DNA of 63,015 nt, filler included, from Octopus bimaculoides (Eukaryota): the NCBI RefSeq assembly GCF_001194135.2. It is 3 parts of 3 records of this genome, joined end to end, with 100 filler letters (N's around TTAATTAATTAA, not from the genome) between each part and the next. Parts side by side here need not be neighbours in the genome. Positions count along the whole stretch, not along the records: positions 29,896 to 49,317 come from NC_068988.1; 2 more parts are not named here. One strand, written 5' to 3'. The notes beneath the pieces are model-generated. The model was not told the DNA's origin and did not search any database. It saw only the letters and a list, made by a program, of their open reading frames with translations. The position numbers and the translations under genes were made by a program. Below, piece by piece: positions 35,444-48,398 of the stretch. Positions within the stretch are counted from its first letter, which is position 1. Each line of letters starts with the position of its first letter.

Positions 35444-35805
35444 GTGGAGGACGAGGAGGAGGAAGTGGTAGAAGTGGGTGTTAATGGTGGTTGTTGTTGT
35501 TGTGGTGGTGGTATTGGTGATGGTGGTGGTGTTGGTGGTAGTGGCTGCGGTGGTAGTGTTGGTCTTGCTATTGTTGTTGTTGTTGTTAGTGGTGGCTGAG
35601 CTGGTCCTGGGGGTGTTGGTGGTAGTGGTTGTTGTAGTAGTGTTGATAGTAGTTTCGGTGGTGATGATGGTGATGGTGAGTTTGGTGGTGGTGGGGGTGG
35701 TGTTGGTGTTGCTGGTGGTGATGTTGGTGCTGGTGGTTGTAGTGACTGTGACGGTAGTAGCTGTGGTGGGAATGCCGGTGGCGGTTGGGCTGATGCTTTG
35801 GTAAT
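34494..35805. repeat. Compound trinucleotide repeats (CTA, CTG, GAT, GGT, GTT) around a gap of about 720 N
   Basis: Direct reading. Confidence 0.95.
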
Positions 35806-36089
35806 GGTCTGTGCGGTATTTACGCTGAAGACAAATACAAGTTACTATAAAATAGCCTCAACTCAAAAATCCTTACACGTTAAATGTGTAGATTACAATC
35901 GTGAGTTATATATCCTCAGCCATTGCATAAGGATAATATATTTATCCTCTGCCATTGCATAATAAGGATAATCTAATTACTCATATTAAATAATCGGATG
36001 AAAATGTTATGCAAATTTAGTTCAAATTTACATAAAAATAATTGTATCCACATTTAAAACTTACTAAATTTGCATTGGCTTAGATTGAA

Positions 36090-37130
36090 TTGAGGGATTG
36101 TAAGATACCCGGAGACGGTGTAGTGGGATTTCAACCATTGCATTCTTGAACAGCGCCTCGTAGAAGGCTTTAAAGAATAAGACAAAACGTGTTGGGAGAG
36201 ATGTGTGTTGGAAAGTTTTGTTGTCATATTATAAGATGGATGCAAGAAGGGAGCTGATCTGCTAGAGAATGGGTTTGAATGTGAGAAAGAAAAGAGGTGA
36301 TTGTTCGAGTTGCTGTGTATCAACTAACGATGGGTGTAGGAAGGTGAAACTAATTGAATTACAGAGAGATGGTTGCCGACAAATATTGTTTCTTTATATA
36401 CAGACAAAATGGTTGCAATATCGGAGGAACGAAGCACTTAGGATAATTAGAAGATAGAGTTGCTGATGACCAGGTGAGAAGGGAAGATGGCAATATGAAA
36501 ATCATACATACGCGGGCCTAGTTTAAGGTAAAATTAGGAATAGGATTATACAGCGGACTGCAAAGGTGGTGTATGCGAAGAAGGAGAATAGAATCTATTC
36601 TTTTAACTTTGGTTTGTTTCAGTGATTGGATTGTGACATTGCTGGGGCAACTTCTGGAAGTGTTACAGTCGAACAAATCGCACACTTTTCTGACGATTTC
36701 TTTACAGCCTGATTTCATTTTATTCTATCTTCTGTTTCAACGAACCAACACTGAGAGATGTGAAGAGGTGGGACGTCAGAAACACAGACACATAACATAG
36801 TTTAGACAGTGTCACGTGACAACTTGCTGTGGCTGCCTGCTGAAGCCTAGCAGCAGGTAATTAAAGGGAAATTTGACAAGACAGTCGGTTGGTCGCTGAC
36901 ACTCGTTGACGCTGCATCGAAGAGGCCAGTGAACAAAAGAAAGAAGACATGCACTCAACACCAGAGCTGAAGACACCTCCGAAAGGTGGGTGGGCGGGGG
37001 GCCGAAACCGGACGTGGTTCCTCCTGATGATGTCCTGAACTAACTGGATCCTATAAAGGAGCTGTTGTGGTAGCAGACCACGAAACATGGCTGAAATTCC
37101 TGCATAATACATGACGGGGCTTAACACATT
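36090..37130 (+). mobile_element. Highly degenerate Penelope-like element (RT relic plus a possible terminal-repeat region)
   Basis: ILEQRLVEGFKE*DKTCWERCVLESFVVIL (WxRYVDDxFVI-like), QLTMGVGR*N*LNYREMV (IKFTxExE...LPFLD-like), FIYRQ (VYRK-like) in the expected order; CTGAAGA...GAAACCGG at 36967-37011. Confidence 0.55.
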
Positions 37131-37429
37131 TTTCGTCTATATAATTTACTCACAATGCATTGGTTGGCTTGAGGTTATCGTAGAAGGCATTTGCCTATGG
37201 TGCGTGAAATAGAGCTGAGCGGGAAATCACGTGGTTGAAAACAATCTTCTTAATCACACAGTCAACAATTGAGGCATAAAGTGTAGCATGTGTCCCACTA
37301 CAACGGTTTTTAGAGTCCCGTTACAACGGATTTTAGAGAAGAGAATGTTTAGTGTTCGAGCGGTTTCGCTTTAGTGTTTGATATCTTGGGGAAAGTGTAG
37401 TGTGTTTCGTTTCGGCTTAATATAACAGT

Positions 37430-37690
37430 AAACGCACTACGACCTTGCGCAGAATTCTTCAACAGATATGTGGTTACAATGTCGCAGCAAAAACGCGCAA
37501 GATGGACTCTCCAAGCCGAACTGGTAGAGAGGTGATGCAGGGGCAGCCGAAGAGCGAGATAGTTGCATTATTATAATCTCGGATGGTCACGTTTGGAATC
37601 CAACTGAAACGTGTAACGACGGTTATTTCGGATTGGACGCTATGGAGAAGGTACGTGAGAAGCCTATTCCCATGATCCATTCTAGTATGG
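37430..37690 (+). mobile_element. Degenerate RTE-like ORF2 C-terminus
   Basis: GQPKSE...RMVTFGIQLKRVTTVISDWTLWRRYVRSLFP resembles GRPxxxW...DRxxWRxxV. Confidence 0.45.
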
Positions 37691-40600
37691 TGGACAGAGA
37701 AAATGAACGGATGTAGATGGATGAATAGAGGAATGGGTGGGTGGATAGATAGATGAATGGATGGATGGATGGATGGATGGATGGATGGATGGACGGGAAG
37801 TTTATCGCTATTGAGACGAACTAGCTGAACCTCTCTTCATACCTGTCCAACGGGAAAGTGCTCATTTCTTTTTACAAGAATTCCAAAATATTGCCAAGGA
37901 AGGACGAAACATGTTTAAACCAGAGATCTGGTCAAAACATTAGCAATGAAATGTACTCCAGAAATACCATTTAATGGAAAAGTGGTGAACGTCAGATCTT
38001 CGCACATTGAACATGTACTGTCAATCCTGCTGGATTTCATGCGTTTTCTCTATAAGAAATTTCACTCACATAACTAATGTCAACACGGCTGTTGCTGCCA
38101 ATACTTTAAAAGCCAACTAATGTAAAGGAAGATGTTTTTCATGTCGCCTTGACTTGTTAGAGTTTCCATGATCTTTTTATATAATAGCTCCAGCAAATAG
38201 TTTTTTCTCAATGTCGCTTGTTTTTCAATATGCTTTCTTTTTATATATTTGCTATTTTTGTCACCGATATTTTTCCTGCCTTTACTGTTTTGCTTTAACC
38301 AGCATCCTTACCGCATGCATCAACATTATTGATGTCCGTTCACTGTTTAGAATTGTCAGTATAGTTTTCGCGTAAATGAGGATGCTGGTATTGTTAATAT
38401 TGGAATCCATCTTATTGCTTGTAAAATTCTTTACATCAGTGCAAAGGTTCGTATTTTTGTTCGGTGCCTATCGAGAAAAAAGCTGTCTATCAATTACTGT
38501 TATAGAAATGATCTCCTGTAAACTTGATTAATCACAGTTTCATAAGGAGAGCGAAAATAAGTTAGATATTAAGCAACATTTTATACACATTTATGCAGAG
38601 ATATAGACACGCCCACACACATGCCCATACGCACATACATTCATGCATGCGTACACGTGCGAATATATACAGATACTCACACTTATTGCAGCGGTCGTTC
38701 AATTTTCATTAGCCCCATAAAGGAACCTGGAATTTTGAGCCACCAACCAAGCCTTTCGCAATACCCTTAAAGCCAGAAACTTTCCAGCACCCCATCGTAT
38801 ATTCCGTGAAATAACGTTTTGTCGTAAATTTGCAAGTTTTCTAATTATTTAACTGTTCTTTCCTTATTTATTTATCTTTATTCCGTAATGACGTATACAT
38901 TACTAAATGAAAATTACATGTCTTTTATGTATATATGATTCATTTATTCGAAATAATCTTTGTTTTTTAAATTCTACTTTAGCAAGATTATTAACTTTCT
39001 ATATCGAGTAGGAGCCAAACGGAATTTGCTTTCTAATTTGATACTTAATGATAACCATTTCTATCAATCATTTCCTGCTTCCTGTCTTCGAAAATTATTA
39101 TGTAGTTGACATGAATTATGCCAGACTAACTTCAATTCAATATGAGTTTCAAATAGAAGAAAACCAGTTGTTTTGTACACAGTGAAAAATGGTTTCACCT
39201 AAGTCAACTGTTTTTAAACTTGGATGGCAGCACTTCTTGGCAGCATCCAATGTTTATAACGGAGTACCAAATGTCTCGATATCAGTATGGCGGCTCGAGG
39301 ACTGTACAAAGGTATGGAATTTTCTTAGAAATATATGAAATCCAGGTAATCTATATTTTAAGCACGATTTACAAGAAAAAATTCTTTGGGGTTAGAATAG
39401 GAATCGAACATTATCAATGAGAAGAATACATGTCTGATGAAGGGTCGAGGTTCGATATAAATTCATTATATTAATTATCACTTTTCTTAGAAATTACTAT
39501 TAATTTAATATAGTGGCATTAATCTACCAAAATATTTAAAAGTAAGGCGTATACTGGATTTGATAGTGCAAGTTCGATAAATTAAGTACCAGTTGATTAA
39601 CGGGGTCGATATAATCGACTTATGCCCACCCCTAAAATTTCGGGCATTGTGTCTTTAGTAGAAAGGATTATTTAAAACGAAACGTCAAGAAGGGCGTTTG
39701 AAAAGCAGTATTCAGTGAAATAGGAAACTGACTTCAAACTACAAGCAAACAATGGTCTTATGTAATTCAATGGAATACAGCAGTTGTAGTTTTACAGACA
39801 GGATTTATCGTTTTAGAAAAGTTTTGCTGATGATTGAGCGCCTTGAAGATGTGTTATTATTTTACTTCACAGAAAATATGATTTATACATGTGAAACACG
39901 ATAAACAATATTTTTCTCTATTTTTCAGTTTTTCATTTTATTTTGGTGTGAAGTAATTTTTTTTTTCATCTGCAGTCCATTCTGATGTCAAAAAGATTGA
40001 AAACCACTGCTCTAAACAATATCACATGCATTTAAAATCAACGGTTTAAAGTTGACAGTGAGAACATTAGAGTTTCCTAAGTTTCTGAATGGAACAATTC
40101 TCAATTTCTTGAGATTGCATTGTTTTGTTTTTTTTCGCAGCCAGTCAGCCTTGATCGAACAGATCTATCACTGAAGATATTTCATCTTTGAACAGTCTTC
40201 TTTTTTTTTTCTTTCTTGACATAGTATATCTAGCACTATAAACTCTAAAGTTTCTTTTCTTCTGTTAGAGTATTAAGATGCGATTTGGACATTAAACTGT
40301 TATTTCTTGTAGGTCAAGCGACCGAGATGAAGTTCCCTTGCTGGATCATTAATCACAGTTCTAAACGTATAATACTGCATTTACAACTGACAGCAATCAA
40401 TTCTTAAAACCAATGTTTTGTTCGCTCTTTAAAAGTAATACATGCTTTTTATTTCTAATTCATTGAGTTCGAAGACCGATACCGATATCCACTCCAGGTA
40501 CTTAAAGCCTGATGTGGTAGTGAAAACCTTATGACAATAAGTTGAAGATCATTTGCTGGAGAAACGTGCAGGCATTATTTATTGAACTGATGGATTATCT

Positions 40601-40779
40601 TCAGGAGAGAAAGGGTTTGGAAAATGTCAAGTAGAGGCAGTAATATAGGTGATAGAGAGAAATGTAGGGGTTGACTTAATTAGGATTCATTGAATGTTGT
40701 ATATAACCAGTCATTTCAGAGATGAGATCAGTGCAGCACAAGAGACGAAATGGATAGGTAGATTGATCGATCGATAGAT

Positions 40780-40822
40780 AGAAAGGTAGGTAGGTAGGTA
40801 GGTAGGTAGGTAGGTAGATAAC

Positions 40823-40879
<57 letters not shown>

Positions 40880-40961
40880 GGCTGCAGGGATGGTGGGAGG
40901 GAGAAAGAAAACGAAAGAAACAAACAAACGAAGTGATAATAGAGCGAGAATGGAAGGGAAT

Positions 40962-41015
<54 letters not shown>

Positions 41016-41724
41016 ATAAACGAGTGGCTGAAGAGTGCAGCTGAATTTTGAGTTAACATACAGATAGCATGTTCATAGGATGTTGCCCTGGATGTGAGTA
41101 GGCGTGAACTGACATCAGTATCGAGGATGTGGGACCAGAACACTCGTTTATGGAATTTTAAAACAAGGAAGTTACTGGTGATTAAATGTATTCAGAAAGA
41201 AGGTGAATCGATTAGAAACTGAATAATCTCATAGATGTTGTTTGAAAAGGACATGCTTTGGATTTTAAATCAGTAGGGTTGGCATAAAGGGAATAGAAAA
41301 CTGTTGAAATCTCTCAGAACACTTACATTCCCGAAATAATGCAGAATAGATGAAGTAGTTACCGATGGACCAAAATATCAGTGAAACTGTTGAGAAATGA
41401 TATAAATTATAATGCGAGTAGTGAGTGAGGATTTTGGAAGATATAACAGAAAATGTTGAGCTTACTCAAGAGACTTGAATGCTGGGTATTTTGGTGGATG
41501 TGAGACAGAAAGAGAGAAAGAGACGATAGGTAGATAGACAGACGGACGAGCAGAGAGACAGACAGATAGATAGATACATAGATACATAGATACATAGATA
41601 GGTAGATAGATACATAGATAGATGGATAGATAGACAGACACACAGACAGACACAGAGATAGACATATACACAGAAAGACAGACAGGCAGCCACGCAGATA
41701 AATACACAGAAAGAAAGATAGAGA

Positions 41725-41760
<36 letters not shown>

Positions 41761-41965
41761 CAGACAGACAGAGAGATAAATAAATTAATAGATAGATAGA
41801 TAGATAGATGGATAGATAGATAGATAGATAGATAGATGGATAAATAGATAGATATATAGATAGATAGATTGAGAGATAGATAGAGATACAGAAAGGCCAC
41901 CAGGTAGACAGATAAATGAATATATATATATAGAGAGATAGATAGATAGATAGATAGATAGATAA

Positions 41966-42030
<65 letters not shown>
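40780..42030. repeat. Compound microsatellites (GGTA, GATA, GA)
   Basis: Direct reading. Confidence 0.95.
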
Positions 42031-42699
42031 AAACTTAAACATTCGCCACGAAAGTACTTCGATTGAAAGACTTAACCACGCGTTGAAGAAACGAATGAGA
42101 CGCAGTTTATCGTATTTAAGAAAAGAATGCAATGCATCTATTCTACTCGGTGATGGTCGATGAAGGCCAATGCTAAAATGGAGGTCGTAGAAAAGCGATA
42201 TGAAATTGTTTAAGAAAGAAAGAACTAATGGTGATTAAACCATGGCGTTGAGAGATTTTGAGAAATTTAGTGTTGAGTTTTGATGTTGAACAAGGGTGAG
42301 AGAAAACGACACAGAGGTCCTTTTTATTTGGGGTTGAAAGAGAAATTCCTTTAATTTCAGCAAACTGTTCAAAGATTTATTCTGTTGATCAATATTGATT
42401 GCTCAAGTTAAAAGCAGCTAAAATAAATAACAACTCTCCTTTGCTGTTTTACTGGTTCCATGTGGCCATGCTGAAAGATTGATTTTTTAACATCGACACT
42501 GGGTAATAAATTTAGGGGAAAACGCAGTCGGTTATATCGATCCACTGTATAACTGTTACTTATTTTAACCGCACAAGACCGATGTAAGGCAAACACAAAT
42601 CGGCAGGATTTCAATTCAAACATTAGAGATTTAAATTCAAATTAAGACAAACGTAAATAAACAAACGAAGTTTGCTTATAGAAACGTTGAAATGACTTT

Positions 42700-42881
42700 T
42701 AGAAAGTTAAAGAAGTGATTTTAAAATCTATCGTGACATGTAATCACGGGGATGTGAGTTCGAGTCCACAGCTAGCCACCTACACTTTTCTCTGCAAAAT
42801 AGGGATAGTTTATCCTGTTCAGGCTATATTATTAGCATTATTCTGCGATTGAGAATTTAAAATCACTTCTTTAACTTTCTA
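42700..42881 (+). other. tRNA-like 3' half enclosed by a perfect 26-bp inverted repeat
   Basis: TAGAAAGTTAAAGAAGTGATTTTAAA (42700-42725) / reverse complement (42856-42881); inside: CGTGA-CATGTAA-TCACG arm and GTGAGTTCGAGTCCAC T-arm. Confidence 0.7.
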
Positions 42882-43339
42882 TTAGAGATTTAGATCATTG
42901 CCTTACACGTTCTGTCATAAAAATAGCCTTAACGAAACAACGAAGGTGCATTTGTGTGGTTATTAACCTTGCTAGAAATAATAGCTATATCATACACAAA
43001 ATTCTGTCAGCTTATATAAGACACGTGTACACTTTGTGACACAGAAGTACATAAAGATATGGTATGATCGCTGTTGGAATGGTTTTCTGCAGTTGTATGA
43101 CTAAAGCGTAATTAAATCATGGACAACAGTTATAAATCTAACAATCGCTATACAACAAGATGTTAACTACTGTTTTCAGAGAGTAAGAAAGTGAGTTGGT
43201 TTAGTTTATGAGGAAAATAGTAACTGTACTCAAAATAATAAATATTTTCTACTATACGCACAATGAATGGAATTGGTAGCAGTCCTAAAAGAACACTTGA
43301 TATGAGTTCTTGGTTTTGGTTGCTTAAACAGCAGTAGCC

Positions 43340-43432
43340 GAAGAAGAAGAAGAAGAAGAAGAAGAAGAAGAAGAAGAAGAAGAAGAAGAAGAAGAAGAAG
43401 AAGAAGAAGAAGAAGAAGAAGAAGAAGAAGAA
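43340..43432. repeat. (GAA)n tract, about 30 units
   Basis: Direct reading. Confidence 0.97.
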
Positions 43433-43989
43433 GAGAAGAGAAAGAATAATAAAAATACGGGAGTTGTATGACAGTAGTAGGATGTTGGTGGATCCTCTAA
43501 AATGGTCAAGTGACCTAAAAGTGACCTGTTGTGGTTGTAATAACAGTGGCTGGAATTGTTCTGAATAAATTCATGGGTAATGACTGTTCTGAATATATCG
43601 TTTTTAATATTTGCGGGGGTATTATTCTTATGTCCTTGTAGTAGTGTCACTTGTGGTGGACGCATTCAAAGGGGTTTATCTCTTGTGATAAAATATGAAT
43701 CTTTGCTAATGCACTGACTACAGGTTGCATCGACCCCGAATTTATAGAATGGAATATTCTGAAGCCGGGTTGTTTGTTAGTGACGCAAATGTCGATGCGT
43801 TCGCTGAATGCCATTTTTCTATATTCCCGAATTTCGTTCTGGGATATATGTAGAGTTATCCTTTGACGAAGACTGTTTTTGGTTTGGCCTATGTATTGCT
43901 CTCGACACCCTGAGCACGTTTATACATATATTAGATTTGCCGAAGCACATGTGAAGTTGTTTTTCACTGTAAAACGTTTAATTTTCTTT

Positions 43990-44170
43990 TCGTTCTCTCT
44001 CCTTATTTTTTTCGTCTCAACCCTTTCTATCGAAGAGCGTAGGCTCAAAACATCAAAGACTTTTCCATTCTTCTCGAGCGCTAAACTAATACACCCCTGC
44101 TTGTTGTTCCTTCACCTGTCTTCGTCCTTTGTTTTCTGTAAATCTAAAGCCAAAACAGAGTTTGTGAAGC
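43990..44170 (+). mobile_element. Short repeat with a decayed hammerhead-like motif (second family); related copies at 48410-48475 (+, partial) and 52838-52985 (-)
   Basis: Shared GAAGAGCGTAG(G)CTC.AAAC.T.AAAGACTTT and GAGCG.TAAACTAATACA blocks. Confidence 0.75.
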
Positions 44171-45162
44171 TGTTGTACATTCTGACCATCATAGCATGTA
44201 TCAGATCATATATAGGAATTTGTAAAGGAAATTTTATGAGTCGTTACTATAATGAGAGACCTAGTATATATACGATTCTAAGTGGTAGAGCACTATTCTG
44301 GCGTTATATGTATGGAAACTAGAATAGACAAACAATGATGTTGTTATTGTATAGCTTATTTTAACCTTTTTAATGAACGAAGAATACACAATTCTTGGAG
44401 AAGAATCAAAATATATATAAAAAGACTTGACAGTAACTTTCAAATTTCAACCGAAGTTAGCTTTTCTAACTATGAAGCAGGAATCAGTTTTATGTTCAGA
44501 GATATGAAATATAGTATCATAGAATGTAGAAAGAATAAATATGAACGGTAAAATAGGATAATCTACAAACATGTAGGAAAACAAACGGATGGAATTCAGG
44601 GCAAGAAGAAAGAAGAGAAAGAGAGACACAGACGGAAAGACAGAAAAATAAATATGTGCGTTATATATCCTATACTATGCTCTATTTTTTTTATTACTGT
44701 TTAGTATACATTTCTTTTAGTTTTCTTTATTTTCATTTTCCACCTAAGTAGATGAATTCTATGCAATCATAACTTCTGCTATCTAAATACATTATTAATG
44801 ACGTGTTTTTCTTATAATTTTTTATGTCTACGTTGAAATTTTTTCCCGATATCCGGCTTCTATTACCCCTCTTCTAATTCTTGATCTGCTTTTTACCGTT
44901 TTGTACCCTTTAGCACCATTTAGTCTTCTATTCTATTTCCATTAACGGTTCTATCTCATCCTTACATTAACACACATTTACCTGAGTTCATTTATATTTT
45001 TTACGTATCCAGGTATTTATATGCATAATGTTTCTTCATCTATATAGCTATTACTGATTGCTTCTATATATATACATCTATATACATATGTGTGTATATA
45101 CACATCTACACATTTATATGCAGACATACAAATATATTGCTTTTATTCGCGTATTTTTAAGT

Positions 45163-45221
<59 letters not shown>

Positions 45222-45222
45222 G

Positions 45223-45260
<38 letters not shown>

Positions 45261-46009
45261 CGTGTGTGTGTGTGTGTGAGTGAGTGATACATATGTATGC
45301 ATACATATAAACACTCACATATACACATATGCATATGCACACGCACACCTATATATATATNNNNNNNNNNNNNNNNNNNNNNNNNNNNNNNNNNNNNNNN
45401 NNNNNNNNNNNNNNNNNNNNNNNNNNNNNNNNNNNNNNNNNNNNNNNNNNNNNNNNNNNNNNNNNNNNNNNNNNNNNNNNNNNNNNNNNNNNNNNNNNNN
45501 NNNNNNNNNNNNNNNNNNNNNNNNNNNNNNNNNNNNNNNNNNNNNNNNNNNNNNNNNNNNNNNNNNNNNNNNNNNNNNNNNNNNNNNNNNNNNNNNNNNN
45601 NNNNNNNNNNNNNNNNNNNNNNNNNNNNNNNNNNNNNNNNNNNNNNNNNNNNNNNNNNNNNNNNNNNNNNNNNNNNNNNNNNNNNNNNNNNNNNNNNNNN
45701 NNNNNNNNNNNNNNNNNNNNNNNNNNNNNNNNNNNNNNNNNNNNNNNNNNNNNNNNNNNNNNNNNNNNNNNNNNNNNNNNNNNNNNNNNNNNNNNNNNNN
45801 NNNNNNNNNNNNNNNNNNNNNNNNNNNNNNNNNNNNNNNNNNNNNNNNNNNNNNNNNNNNNNNNNNNNNNNNNATCGATGAAGCATTTTCGTTGCCTAAC
45901 TCCCCCAACTTCTGTGACGTGTGGCAATACCATTGTTGTGTTAGATGATTGGGCATTCTCTGTTGACCTCTGCTGGAAGCAAGCACTAAATATTCATGCA
46001 TTCCATACG

Positions 46010-46556
46010 GCAGCGAGCTGGCAGAATCGTCAGCACGCCGGATAAAATTCTGAGCAGCATTTCATCCGTCTTTACAGTATGAACTAAAATTCCGCCGACG
46101 TCGACTTTGCCGTTCATCCCTCAGGCGTCAACAAAATTAGAACCTGTTGCGAAGTCGGGTCGATAAATTTGACTTCGCCCCTCCCCTTCAATTGCTGGCC
46201 TTGTACCAAAGTTTGAAGCCAATATTTATTCATTGCATAACATTTGTGACATCACTTGTCATATTCAATAATTTCTCCTGGATTCAAAAAGCTATAATGG
46301 AGTAATTCGCCTGCAAATCACTAAACAATCGCTATAACTTCCTTTTAATGCAACTTCGGCTCTAGAAAAAATTCACTATATTTCGCCTAAGTCCAGTCAC
46401 TGAACGAAATTGCTTTCAGTTTCCGTCTACCAAATCTACTCACAAGGATTTGGTCGGCCCGAGGCTATAATAGAAGACACTTGCTCAAGACGTCACGCAG
46501 TGGTACTGAACCCGGAACCACGTGGCTGGGAAGCAAGCTTCTTACCACACAGCCAC
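46010..46556. mobile_element. Family C SINE (+, 46010-46220) and family A 5' half (-, 46415-46556)
   Basis: Block homology; CpGs largely retained. Confidence 0.85.
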
Positions 46557-46704
46557 TCTTCTGCCTATCTATATTTTTTCAATAAATTTTTATATTTATT
46601 ATTTATCAAAATGACCCTTGCCTATGTTTCCTCCATTTCAAATTAGTTTCTATAAATCTGTTCACATTAGTTTCTATAAAACATTAGTTTCTATAAAACT
46701 GTTC

Positions 46705-47104
46705 AAATAGCAGTAGTATTATTCCCTTTATGGGACTGTCACATTCAGTTGACAGCGTACAACTACTTTATCGTATCACTACTGCATAAATCTCTCTGAG
46801 ATTATTTCTATTTTTGAAATCAGTGAATGTATTTCACTACAATTATTATATGTTTACAAGAGCTTAACAGGCATCTCCAACAACAAGCCATGCTACTCCA
46901 GAATGATGACGAGCAAGACTCAGAAATTAGTCTCTGGATGCAGGCTTAGCTGGATGGAGGTGCTTGTCTCCCCCTTGTAAACATAAGGACACAGAAAATG
47001 TGTCGAAGCCGACAGGAAGCGGTGCTGCTTCGTAGGGCTAAATAGCAGTAGTATTATTCCCTTCATAAGACTGTCACATTAAGTTGACAGCATACAGCTA
47101 CTTT
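46705..47104 (+). repeat. Two 65-bp direct repeats (6 mismatches) enclosing 270 bp that include a hammerhead-like fold
   Basis: aaatagcagtagtattattccctt...actacttt at 46705-46769 and 47040-47104. Confidence 0.9.
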
Positions 47105-48339
47105 GTTCATATTTTGTTGCTTGTTTAATAAAGTATCGCTAAATTTTATCTTTCACTTTACCTTCAAAATTAGACCCGTACGTTAATATACAATTTTGTG
47201 TGAAGCCCAAACATACGAGAGAATTGAACGAATCCGTTTAACCTTTAAACGAATCTATTTACCTATTTATTCATATAATACTTCACTTTTGTCTGTGCCA
47301 ACCATCTATTCTTCAAATCACGATGAAAGACTACATTAACTATTTGAATATATTTCATTCAACAATTTTCCATATGTCTGGAACTATTTTAATTCTCTCT
47401 TCTCCAAAATTCTAAATATCTACCGCCAGACATTACCTTCTATTTTCTTAATTATTTAATCGAATAAATATTTACATTTACTGCCTTCTAGTTTGATATG
47501 CTACGTTATGTTATTTCTACTTCTATACAAATGTAATTCGATATGTCTCTATACTTTCCCGTTTTTCTACAACTTTCCTCCATTATCTGTCTTCTGTTCA
47601 TTATTATAATATTCATGTAATTTAATGGTATAGGTTATTTACTTAGTTAAGGTAATTTTTTTTTTCAATATTTCACGAAGTAACTTTTGACGTCAAGATT
47701 TTACACATTATATGAAATAAAATAAAATTAATTATTAATAGTTATATTAATTCTAACTCAAATTACCTGCTCTACAGATATTTTAACAACATTTAATTTA
47801 GGCATAAATAATAAACAACATTGAAAAGATTCTCAGAGACTGTAAACTGGTCTACTTATTTACTTATTCTAAAATATTGTTCCTTCCATTATTATGCATT
47901 ACTCTCATCCGGAATATTATGTAAAAGTATTGCAGCAATTAAAGTTTCAAATACTTATTTTCTCATATATTACTTTACATAAGCAAGTGTAGCTGTGTCA
48001 TACGAAGCTTATTTTCCAAAATCATGGTTCCGGGTTCAGTCTCCCAAAGTAGCCGATTAGTGCTTTGTGGGTGGATTTGGGAGAAGGAAGCTGAAAGAAG
48101 ACGGTCGTATATTTATATATATAAAGCGTTAGATTCACTTCAAAATTTAAATTGTCAAAATATTTTCGTCGCTTCGCGGTTTCAAAGCGAAGAAGATATT
48201 TTGAAAAATTAAATTTAAATATTCAGGTGAATTTAAAGGTATTTTATATGTTTTTAAATGGCTTATAAACACGCTGCAATTATTTATGTTTCAGCACACG
48301 ATCTGAGATCAAGTCACTTGCTATGCAAGTACATCTCCG

Positions 48340-48398
<59 letters not shown>

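Noticed and set aside
34481-35599. Long ORFs (270-440 aa) spanning N-runs, also near 31, 45, 57 and 61 kb
   Set aside because: Their length comes from X codons in assembly gaps.
36811-36820. GTCACGTGAC palindrome (E-box/CLEAR-like)
   Set aside because: A single 10-mer inside a probable transposon relic, with no promoter evidence.
37024-37050. CTGATGA T GTCC..GGAT
   Set aside because: No GAAA follows, and the upstream GAAACC..GGTT leaves only 4 nt for stem I.
39434-39457. CTGATGA A GGG..TTC GATA, hammerhead-like
   Set aside because: GAAA is mutated and both stems are weak; it may be a PLE relic but is not supportable.
46903-46910. ATGATGA as a C/D snoRNA C box
   Set aside because: No D box (CTGA) with a terminal stem at a suitable distance; the hammerhead parse fits better.
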